DNA of 45,654 nt, the filler included, from Catajapyx aquilonaris (lineage: Eukaryota), in assembly GCA_000934665.2 (NCBI GenBank). It is 2 parts of 2 records of this genome, joined end to end, with 100 filler letters (N's around TTAATTAATTAA, not from the genome) between each part and the next. Parts side by side here need not be neighbours in the genome. Positions count along the whole stretch, not along the records: positions 1 to 22,821 come from JYFJ02005825.1; 1 more part is not named here. One strand, 5' to 3'. This document shows, in pieces, positions 1-10,055 of the stretch. Under the pieces are notes generated by a model that did no database searches, had not been told where the DNA came from, and saw nothing but the letters and a program-made list of their open reading frames with translations. The position numbers were made by a program, and so were the translations under genes. The stretch's first letter is position 1; each line of letters opens with the position of its first letter.

Positions 1-720
1 CTGTGTATAACCCCACCACTCCATTTTTTGGGGGTGTCCCAATATTTTCAGATCAGGGCAAGTACACTACAGAAAAAGTATCCTGTGGATCTTGTTGGTT
101 CTTCCCCTGAGGTCTTCAAATGGAGATGACCATTGACTTCGAGTTAATAACCGTATAAGGCAATTTGTGTTGCCAAAAAGCACCACAAGAGCATGAGAAG
201 ATCATTAAAAATCGATGCTCCATAGGAGACTCACCAATGATGCTCTTTCAATGTTTTGAAATTTACAGTGTAACTGTATAGGCAAAAAAAATCTGCCAAT
301 TATTTCGAGCAGACTGACATCCTGCTGCAACTGGCTCCTTGCAGATCCCAGCTTTGAGCTTTCCCTGATGGGATGCATCTGTCGAACGCATCCCAACCTT
401 CTCAGAAGGGCTCATACCAAAAGTGAAAGCGGTACAATGTAGGTTTCCAAGAAGTCCCCCGACACTCTCCTTTTTTCCGCTTAGGTCTGGTCCTAATGAT
501 GAGTTGAATCAAATTACTCGTAATTTTCTAATTTTAGAGTACAAGTTCTCCAGTCTATAGGTTCGTATGGTATTTTTTTAAAAATTATTCATTTAAAAAA
601 CAGCAAGTCACGTGGGGCCCCTATACTCATGGCCCCCCCGGGCAACTGCCCATCTAGCCCATGCGGTAAGATGGCACTGCGCTCACCTCAGCCCACAAGT
701 TTACTAAGTCTAATGTTATA

Positions 721-1318
721 CAGTAAAACTTCTATAAGTCGAACTTCCCTAAGTCGAAGAAAATGATGAACTTGGTTGGTCACAATGTAAAATAATAGGA
801 AATAAACTTCCCTAACTCGAATTTCTATAACTCGAAGTTCTCCATAACTCGAAGTGCTGGCAGGGCCTTACGATGGGATATCAACGCATTTTCAGTCTCC
901 CTAAGTCGAAGTTCATGTTGGCGAGTACAGAAAATTTTCTCATTTCCCAGACGAAGGGTCGAGAGTACAGAGTAGGCCACATGTATACTTATACAGAAAG
1001 GTTCAATTTCTTGATCTCCATCTACCAGACGTACCGAAAGAAGAGTTTGACTCGATTATGACAATTGAATCCTTGAATCTAAGAGTAGGCAAATGTCCAT
1101 AACGGAGATCTTTTTACACCACAACAACAAGGAACATTGTAAGTGTGATAGTGACAGTTCTTTTGAAGATTTGGACATCTTTCGTCGCTGGATTTGAAGG
1201 TAGGCTTCCTTATAGAGTTCTGTGCTTTAAAAAAATCCAAACTTCTCTAACTCGAATCTTCTATAACTCGATGTTTTTTCCCGGTCCCATGGAGATTCGA
1301 CTTATAGAAGCTTTACTG
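721..1318. mobile_element. Tc1/mariner-superfamily (pogo/Tigger-like) MITE
   Basis: TIR CAGTAAAACTTCTATAAGTCGAA (721-743) matches the reverse complement of TTCGACTTATAGAAGCTTTACTG (ending 1318) with 1 mismatch. TA flanks both ends. Internal repeats of (C/T)CT(A)TAACTCGAA / CCTAAGTCGAA are present and there is no transposase ORF. Confidence 0.85.
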
Positions 1319-1399
1319 TACTTGTTTTAAATACTGTATACAAATTGCATAACATTAAGGTTTGCATTAATTGATTAATAAATTATCATTCCAGGGCTG

Positions 1400-4375
1400 A
1401 TGGAGTCAGGAGGAATTAATGGAGGAGATGGCCCGAGTGCGGCGGCCCGAGTGCCGACCGCGAAGAAGGATGAACTCGATGGCGTTTTGTCGAGCCTGTG
1501 CGTGTTTATTAACGACAGGCTGACACGCAATTTGAGGGGGCAGGTAATTTGGGTAAATTGACATGCAGTGTATCCAGATAATTTAAGAGGTGTTTACTTC
1601 CAGCTGAACGAAGATGAAACCAAGAACAAGCGTGCGACTACCTCACTAGCAGCGTGCAACGCAGACAATTTGGCACCAAACATATTAAGTCACACCGAGG
1701 AAAACATTGACATTAGATGTAAAGTCATGGCGTCCAGGATTTTTACACAATTTTATTACATTATAATTATTGCAGGGAATATTTGTCAGGAGAGATTTCT
1801 GTACTAGAGTGTAAAGGCCTTCATTATTGAGAAATTGATGAACGAAATGATGGCTGAAAAGGAAGCCTATATCGCGGAGAAGGATAAATTACTTAAGGAT
1901 GGAAACGAGGTGGAAGTGCTGGAAGAGAAAATAAAGAGTTTGGAAGCAGAAATCTGTGAATTCCCAAGCAGCTGGAACGACCAGCTGTTCAGGAAGCATA
2001 TAAACATAGTTGACTGGGACAAGATGGCATGCAAAATGGTGAATACAGCGTGTTTCTGGTCCGCAAATTTTTCCAAAAGTTGTTAAGTTTGTGTAGTTTA
2101 AGTAGTGGTAATCACACAAAATTATTTGCAGAATTAACGTTTGTTTTAATTCCAGTTTAAAGGCGTGAAGAGCGCGGAGGAATGCAAGCGTTACTGGTAT
2201 AGCACAATGGTGTCGTCTCATTTGGATCATCCTTGGAGTCGACCCTTGATCGCTCGACTTCAAGATTTGGTGTCGACTCTGGGACACAACGACTGGGAAA
2301 CTGTGGCCAAGCTCATGAACTCAAAGCATAACGCATACCAGTGTATGAGGATGTACACTCGCACCAAAGAACAACACAAGCTTACTTGGAGCAAGGTGGA
2401 AAACCAGGGATTTTACAGTTTGGTCTCGCAATACAAGGACGGAGACGTAAACTGGAGTAAAGTGGTCGTGGATATGGGAAAGAAGGTGACAGAAGATCAG
2501 GTTCACAAGCACTGGTCAAAGCTTGATCCGAATATAAATAAACGACGCTTCACTACCAAAGAGGACGCACTTATTGTCGCTTGTGTGCTGAAGTACGGGC
2601 CGGACTTTTCATTGGTGGCCTCTCGGCTTCCTGGCCGAACTGTGGATCATGTGAGGCGCAGATACTGTCAGAATTTGATGCGGCACACTGTCCCCGGACA
2701 ATGGACACTGTGAGTATTTTGACGTGCGTGTGTTACGAACTTTATGATCTAATTAATGTAATTTTCCATCCATTTTAAGGGATGACGACAGGCGACTGAT
2801 GAACGCTGTCGAGAAATTTGGCCATAATTGGTCTACTATAGTGAGGTGCTTTCCGGGCCGGACAAATAATGCCCTTCGCAAACGCTACAAAGATATCGAG
2901 AAAGCAATGGCGGCCAATCCAGGTGTTTCGGTGAGTATAACCATCCAGCAATTCGGAACGATCTTATAGCCAAATCGACTTCATTTGCAGCTTGAGAAAC
3001 TGACCCTTCCGAAACGGCGCAAGCAGCCATTTACTAAAAGTATGACCGGAGAGCTTGACGAGGAGGGAATAAAGGACATGCAGCGTAAGTTGAAGTACAG
3101 GCGAATCCTCTCAAGCCGTTTGAAGAATGGGAGATTCAAGCACAAATCTCCAGGAGACTTGGCGCTACAGAAGTTCTTCTCGGTGGCCTGCACTGTGAAA
3201 AAGCCTGGCCGTTACCGAAGTGAGTTGACATTTAAGCCGGACTTTAACCACTTGTCTAAAACCGTTTGCTTTTCAGAATTCACAAAAGAGCAACACACAA
3301 ACTTGGGTCACTCTTCAGCTTTTTACGCCGAGCTACTCGAAGCCGAGTTTGACATTCCTGATGCTATATCGGAGGATGACTTCCAAGCGTTGCACAAAAA
3401 TACACGATGCTGGAAACAAAAGCGAAGACTCAACTTGCTGCAACTTGAGGCCTTGCGGGAAGGAATATCTTCAGGCTTAAGAGACGAAGAGACGAGCGGC
3501 CAAATTTTTCTTCCGCCGGACAGGCAAGCCCTGCTTGGATTCAGGACGTTACTCAAGAAAAGACAAAGCCTTCGAGACTCAGCCGCAATGAACACCCGAC
3601 CATTTGATGATGAGACTGATGAGCACGCTGAGCTTTTTTCACGGCAGATGATGACACTCTTTACGCTTCCGGCTATCATGAGTCAACTTTGGTAAGTCTG
3701 CCGTTAAACCATTCTGATACGATGCTGACTATACTATTCTTTTTCAAGTCCTGCGGAACAGGAGAGTCAGCCTAGTGATGATGATACACCTGAAAGCAGC
3801 GAGACCATTCACAATGGAGCCGAGATTCCAGATGGGAAAAAGAAGCGGATAAAGAAGCAACGAGTGGGAACGGAAGCACGCCGAAGGATGAGAGAGCACT
3901 GGAAACAATGGCGGGAGAAACGAAAGAGGAACGAGGAAGAAGAAGAAAATGTTGCGGCAGTGGAAGAACCGCGGAAGAAAAAGCGGAAGTATGTCTGCAG
4001 TGGGAAGTATTCTATTACAAATACAGAGGTCAGAGGGGATGCTGCGACGCACCAGGTCATCTTGCGATTCAACTTGTGAGCACAACGATGATCAGGAAGA
4101 GTCTGTTATCGAAGATGAACAAGCCCAAGAGGATTATGGGGACTGCGAATTTTTGTGTGGCACATGCAACAAAGGATTCAAGACCACTCCAGAATTGTGC
4201 AGCCACTTGCGACAAACGACGCACGTTCGGGACATGTCGTACAGGTGCATAATATGCGGCAACAGGTACACCGCATTGTCATCGCTGAAACGACACAAGG
4301 TACTTCCTCTCGTTAAAACTGTACGAGTATGTGGATTTTTATCGCTGAATTGTACTATTTCAGATGACACACTAG
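1400..4375 (+). CDS. SNAPC4: snRNA-activating protein complex subunit 4 (SNAP190)-like Myb-repeat protein, with apparent C-terminal C2H2 zinc fingers; one in-frame TAG, so possibly a pseudogene or null allele
   Basis: Hand-spliced GT-AG exons, all phase-compatible: 1400-1543, 1604-1718, 1776-2038, 2156-2709, 2780-2930, 2991-3691, 3749-3988, 4056-4299, 4364-4375. The product has a coiled-coil followed by VDWDKMACKM|FKGVKSAEECKRYW and tandem Myb repeats (HNDWETVAKL..AYQCMRMY, WSKVENQ, FTTKEDALIVACVLKYGPDFSLVASRLPGRT, WTLDDDRRLMNAVEKFGHNWSTIVRCFPGRT). It also has the SNAPC4-type C-terminal segment LPPDRQALLGFRTLLKKR...FSRQMMTLFTLPAIMS. In-frame TAG at 1805-1807. The start codon and the 3989-4055 intron are less certain. 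Confidence 0.8.
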
Positions 4376-4704
4376 GACCAGTTCAGATTCGACGAGTGCG
4401 GCGACGCCGTTTTGACAAAAAGTAGGATCTCGACAAGCATTGTGCCACCCACACTACAGCTGTATCGAAGATGGAAGAAAGTTTGCACTTACGAATAATA
4501 CACATTATTGTACCAACTCATCGATTATAACAAAAAGTCAAGATGCGAGTGTGACGAATATGGAGAGAACTTTCCTGGTGTGAGCTGACATCTCGAAATC
4601 TGCAAAGATGACGGCCTGAATGCGTGGCTGAAATTGGTAAAATGTGACAAGGGAAGTGTAAGTGATGTCTGTGGTGTTTCTGAATCAAACTTGGCACAAT
4701 AATA

Positions 4705-5100
4705 CAGGGTTGTCCAAGTTCAAGTGTCGTTTTATAACGGCGATTAATAGCAGTGATTTTGCGATGACGCAGCAGCGACGTATAAAATGGCCCACTTCTG
4801 TGCCATCGAAAATATTAGCTGCCAATAGCAGCACACATGTAATGAACCCTGCTGCTGGGTTGACCTGGAAAAAAGTAGGTGCACACATGACCTGAGATTG
4901 CCTGAGATGCGCCTGGGTGAAATGGGTGACGCCCAAGGCACCAGATGGACCTGTAATGCAAGGGGGAAGCCTGCAAACGAAACACAGCTAATATTTCCGA
5001 TGGCGCCGAAGTGGGCATTTTACACATCGCTGCTACGTCAATCGTTAAGCGCTTCTATTAATAGCCGTTATAAAACGACACTTGAACTTGGACCACCCTG
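4705..5100. mobile_element. mariner-like MITE with long TIRs
   Basis: TA|CAGGGTTGTCCAAGTTCAAGTGTCGTTTTATAACGGC ... GCCGTTATAAAACGACACTTGAACTTGGACCACCCTG|TA. Imperfect inverted similarity continues for more than 100 bp inward. Confidence 0.85.
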
Positions 5101-5676
5101 TATAGACAGGTAAGTTATTAAAGAAAATGCATACAATTTTGCCGGATGCCCATAAGGTCAGAAGTTATGACCTCTTGAACTCACAAGGGACACTCTCCCA
5201 GAACAAACGACGGGGTTTCCGGCACAAACCAGCACAAACGTAGCACAAACTATTGACACGATGAAAATTGCAAATTTCAAAAGGGGGGCGGGGGGCTGGT
5301 GTCACGGACGTACCTTACACATGTATTTAATAACATTTTATTATCATGATTTAATATTTGATATATTTAATTTTAATATTTGATTTCCATGGTTTATGCC
5401 TGGAAATTTCTGCGAGTGATTGACCAGTGCTCCATATATTTTTCTTTTTGGTCGTGACGAGACGCATAATTTCCAAATACACATAGTAAGTCCAGGCCGT
5501 GCCAAGAATCCAAGAGCTTTAGCAAATGCCGCCAGGTGGCTGCAAATAAAAACGAACAAAATGCGGGTTTTGCGATGGCGCGCGTTGCATATACTTATAA
5601 TTTTAACAGCAACCATTTAGCCCGCTATTATGGGCAGCATATTGACCAATAATATAATATAATACATAATTATTAT

Positions 5677-7504
5677 GGGTCATTCCATGTCAGTGGGGCC
5701 CCCTTTGTACCCTTGATGTGGCGGATTTGAATGATATTCACAGGTTATGGTGACCTGGCGCTGCTAAAACATTGTACCAAAGCGTTTTGAATTTTTTAGA
5801 TTTTTACCCGTTTTTGAGGGGTGGTAATCTTGAGCCTTTTCTTTGAGAGCCATTTTTCTTGTGGCTGTTTCTCCGTAACTAATCGGGAGACAGATGTGCT
5901 TTTGATACCAATTACTCAGAAATGTTGATATAATCGTATTCTATGGTTAATTTTTAAAATTTTAAGCTTTTGCGTCGAAAAGATTGAAATTACAAATTTT
6001 AAACATTTAATTTTTAAAATTATAACACTTTTTTTCGCTGGTTTTCACGTATGTTGTAGCCCTACATGTGAACTACATGTGGCCATATCAGTCCTGTTGG
6101 CTAGTATAATACTAAGGAAAATTGGGCCTCTTAAGTGAGACTCCCTCCATATGTGTCGTCATTATGATGTGTACACCCATTCACCCAACATGCAAATCGC
6201 CCCACCTTGCTCAGTGCAAATGTGGATATTCAAGTTTGGATGATCACTGGTGATAGACTGAGAGTACGACACATGTAAGACTCCTTTGGTAGCCCACACC
6301 CCCCTCCCCAAGCAAACCCATGCCTCCCACCCCATCAAGTCCTCATAAGTCGTGACGATTCGCATATTGGGTATTGACGCCATTCGGAGGGGGGAGGGGG
6401 TCTCACTTGAGATGCGAAGTATCCCGTAATAGGAGACTAGCCAACAAGTGTTGTGCACACACGTAGACCACATATATGGGTGCAACATAACTCAAAACCA
6501 GCGAAAAATAAAGGGGTATAATTTAAAATATTTAATGTTTCGATTTTTAAATTTAAACATTTTTAACAAACAAAATTTAAATTTCACATTTTACCATGGC
6601 GTACGCTTCTACCAGTACTTCTGAGTACAATGACACCAAATTCACTTCTGTATCTTGATTAGTTCCAGAGAAAAGGCCAAAAGAAGAAGAGTCTGTAACG
6701 AAATTATCACTCCCCCAAAAATCGGCAAATATCAATATTTTTCAAAACGCTTTGGTACAATGTTTTAGCATCGCTGTGTCATCAAAAACCCAGAAAATCA
6801 AAAAAACCGCCACATGAAGGGTCCAAACGGGGCCGAACTGACAAATCAATTTGTGTTTGTGGGGTGGGAGGCATGGGTTTGCTTGGGGAGTGGGGGTGTG
6901 GGCTACCAAAGGAGTCTTACATGTGTCGTACTCTCACCAGTGATCATCCCAACTTGAATATCAACATTTGCACTGAGCAAGGTGGGGCAATTTGCATGTT
7001 GGGTGTACCCATCATAATGACGACACATATGGAGGGGGTCTCACTTAAGAGGCCCAATCTTCCTTAGTATTATACTAGCCAACAGGACTGATATGGCCGC
7101 ATGTAGTTCACATGTAGGGCTACAACATACGTGAAAACCAGCGAAAAAAAGTGTTATACTTTTAAAAATTAAATGTTTGAAATTAGCAATTTCAATCTTT
7201 TTGACGCAAAAACTTAAAATTTTAAAAATTAACCACAGAATACGATTATATCAACCTTTCTGAGTAAATTGATATCAAAAGCACATTTGTCTCACGATTA
7301 GTTGCGGAGAAACAGCCAAAAGAAAGATGGCTCTCAAAGAAAAGGCTCAAAATTACCACCCCCCAAAAAACGGGTAAAAATCAAAATATTTCAGAACTCT
7401 TTGGTACAATGTTTTAGCAGCGCTAGGTCACCATAACCTGTGAATATCATTCAAATCCGCCACATCAAGGGTACAAAGGGGGCCCCACTGACATGGAATG
7501 GCCC
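5677..7504. mobile_element. Foldback/long-TIR non-autonomous DNA transposon
   Basis: TAT|GGGTCATTCCATGTCAGTGGGGCC ... GGCCCCACTGACATGGAATGGCCC|TAT, with a 3-bp TAT duplication. The arms (about 5677-6335 and 6862-7504) are highly similar reverse complements. Confidence 0.85.
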
Positions 7505-7625
7505 TATGTTTTTGCGCGGCAGATTTGAGCGCGCCAAGACTGATTTCCTTTCCACCTGCAACGCGGGTTCCGGTGCGACAAACGGTCATGTCATTGGTGA
7601 CCCAAGGTGATGCCATGTTAATATT

Positions 7626-7984
7626 TGTTTAATTTTTTAAATAATCCGGGTAGTGCACGAACTCCTTACGAGTTATATGGCACGGACCTTTATTACTCAT
7701 ATACATTAGTATACATCAGGACCTGATAACGTAGCGCCCGCGGGCTCACGGGCAGGGTGATAGGAGGGGATGTGCAAGGTGCAGTGCAATGTCTTAACGT
7801 GGCCATTTTTAGTGAACTCCCCCGGGTGGTTTAGTCTGTGGAAATACCACCCGAGACGAAGCCAGAAGTGACCCTGAACTCTGCACGAGATGAAGGGGGT
7901 GTCCCCGGGCTGGGATCGAACCCGGGACTTTAACATCCGTGTGCGCATACGTTACCGCAGCACCACTCCGCCTCCCCTNCCCCC
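7626..7984 (-). mobile_element. tRNA-derived SINE
   Basis: Minus-strand head GGGGAGGCGGAGTGGTGCTGCGGTAACG...GGTTCGATCCC with Pol III A/B boxes, and an AT-rich tail. 17-bp TSD GATGCCATGTTAATATT at 7609-7625 and 7985-8001. Confidence 0.85.
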
Positions 7985-8186
7985 GATGCCATGTTAATAT
8001 TCTGATCGCATAATGCCCGGTGAAAATAAATAAAACATGCCCTTACCAAAATTTCAGAATACCGCGAGGTCGTGTTTGCAGCGCACCATCGCAGGCAGAC
8101 CCACTTTATATTGTTGTAAAAGGCAGAGGAACTTTAACACATGATTTGCAACATTTTTCCAATGAGTAACCTAACCTTCCTCCCAT

Positions 8187-8243
8187 GCGGATACAGGCCT
8201 ATCTTCAGCGGATACAGGCCCATCTTCAGCGGATACAGGCCCA
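8187..8243. repeat. 21-bp tandem repeat, about 2.7 copies
   Basis: GCGGATACAGGCC(T/C)ATCTTCA occurs twice, plus a partial third copy. Confidence 0.85.
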
Positions 8244-9178
8244 CGCCCTACACGCCTATTATTTATCGAAGCCCATTGGATCTTGGTCCAGGGTCCGCAT
8301 AATAAGGCAGTGACGGTCCGAGCCACCTGGCGGCATTTGCCGAAGCTCTTGGATTCGCGGCACGGCCTGGACGAACTATGTGTATTAGGAAATTATTCCT
8401 TCTGAAAGCATTTGAAAATGGACTACCCCTGCAGAGGATATTCCGCTTAGAGCTGTAATGCAAGAAAAATTCATAACTTACAATGTACTACTTGTAATGA
8501 CAGAAGGTGTGCTCTAGTGCAAAGAGCAGATCTGAAATCCTGTTTATTTTAGAAAAATCATGTAGGCTACTATTAGTACACCACTAGTACACCTTATTTC
8601 CACGTGCAATATCTGCTTCTCGTTTCTTTCACGGTCGTTTCTGTCTGGGGCGTGGTCTGGGGCATCACATTTTCAGATAAAAATGGATTAAAAGTCACGC
8701 AAAACATTAAAAATCCACTTTATTTATCATCTTTCAGGAACACATATAGCACGCCCACACACACATATATCACACACACACATGCACATACAAACTTATA
8801 CATATTTACCAAATTTCCACTGAGGCGCCATGGAATAACATGTGACGTACCACACTGAGGAAATCACTGTACTCGAGCGGTGCGTGACACACTTGAAGAC
8901 ACTTTCTTTGTCCTTGGTCAATCTGCCCAAAATCTTCGCACTGAAAGACTGGGCAATTGGTGGTTAGTGGACGCTGAGATGGAATTGCTAGTATTTAGTT
9001 CCATCCACTGACCGTATTTATTTTATCAAGTCATAGTACAGTGGACCAAAACTATGTAAACCATGAGCAAAAATTTTGTTGCGATTATATTTTGCACCTT
9101 ATGATAGGCCTTAACTATTTCTATAACTGAAAAAGCAATAAGCTAAAATTATTGTTGAATATATTGTAGTTCTTCATA

Positions 9179-9531
9179 GGGGTCGTCCATATACCACGTG
9201 ACCGTTTTGGTGGGAGGGNGGTATCTCTGAACACAGTGAATTGGCACATATGGGAGCTTTTGCAGATGCACATGGGTTCAAAATAACCTATAATTCGAAA
9301 ACAGCGACACCGAAAACATGGGTAGACATGTTTTTTACGTACTTAAACAGTTTAGTTGAGGAGCTATCAATTTCGATCGCGTTTTTTCTGATAACATTGA
9401 TATTTAAAAAAAAACACGCGAAAAAAGGGGGGGGGGGGGGGGGGTTCCAATGGATACCACGGTCGGTCACTGGGGGGGAGGGGGGGTCAAAAAGTGGCCA
9501 AAAATCGGTCACGTGGTATATGGACGACCCC
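9179..9531. mobile_element. MITE with GGGG...CCCC termini
   Basis: ATA|GGGGTCGTCCATATACCACGTGACCG ... CGGTCACGTGGTATATGGACGACCCC|ATA. Perfect 26-bp TIR and a 3-bp ATA TSD. Confidence 0.85.
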
Positions 9532-10055
9532 ATATGGCCCTACTTTGCCTATGGTCATGACAACAGTTTTAAAACGATTAACACGAGCACAGTTTAAAAT
9601 GACTTAACACCGTTGTTACTGTGAATAGTAATGTAATGGTTTTTTCATTCAAATAAGACGGCTTTTTTATGTCATGAAATACACTAGTCGCTGCCTGCCG
9701 ATTTTCCCATGTATAGAGTATAGGCTACTGTATGTATAGTGTCATACATCATGTTGACTGTTTCCTGGCTATTACTTAGTTTTGGTCCACTGTATATAAC
9801 AAACTATCCAACGGGAGGTCTTAATTGCAGATGGGCGCGAAATAGTCCAAATGCCACCTTTCTAAGGCATTTCGACTCTTACGCTCATATGCAATTAAGT
9901 TGTGGCTTGCACACAACAGCTCGAAGTTGAAAATAATGTCTACAGTAAAATGCTGAACTTTGCGAAATAAATTACTTCAGAAAAAAATAGCTCATATGCA
10001 ATACCGGCCACTTATAACTTTGGAATTTAAAAACTGATCCACCACCAATCACCAC

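Larger units (their letters stand above)
5466..8396. mobile_element. Outer inverted-repeat element hosting nested insertions
   Basis: About 76-bp imperfect inverted repeat, 5466-5541 (ATAATTTCCAAATACACATAGTAAGTCCAGGCCGTGCC...GGTGGCT) versus 8321-8396. No clear TSD. Contains the 5677-7504 foldback and the 7626-7984 SINE. Confidence 0.55.

Noticed and set aside
1805..4425. Three in-frame TAG codons in the SNAPC4-like gene as evidence of stop-codon reassignment
   Set aside because: The same region also has a frameshift and a lost Cys, and the ten cyclase exons and the pol frame contain no internal TAG. Ordinary decay or error explains it better.
7900..7984. tRNA genes (also about 15430-15505 and 17405-17480)
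   Set aside because: A/B boxes are present, but each is followed by a body, tail and TSD, so these are SINE heads.
8187..8243. CRISPR-like repeat
   Set aside because: Head-to-tail 21-mers without unique spacers, in a eukaryotic context with no cas genes.
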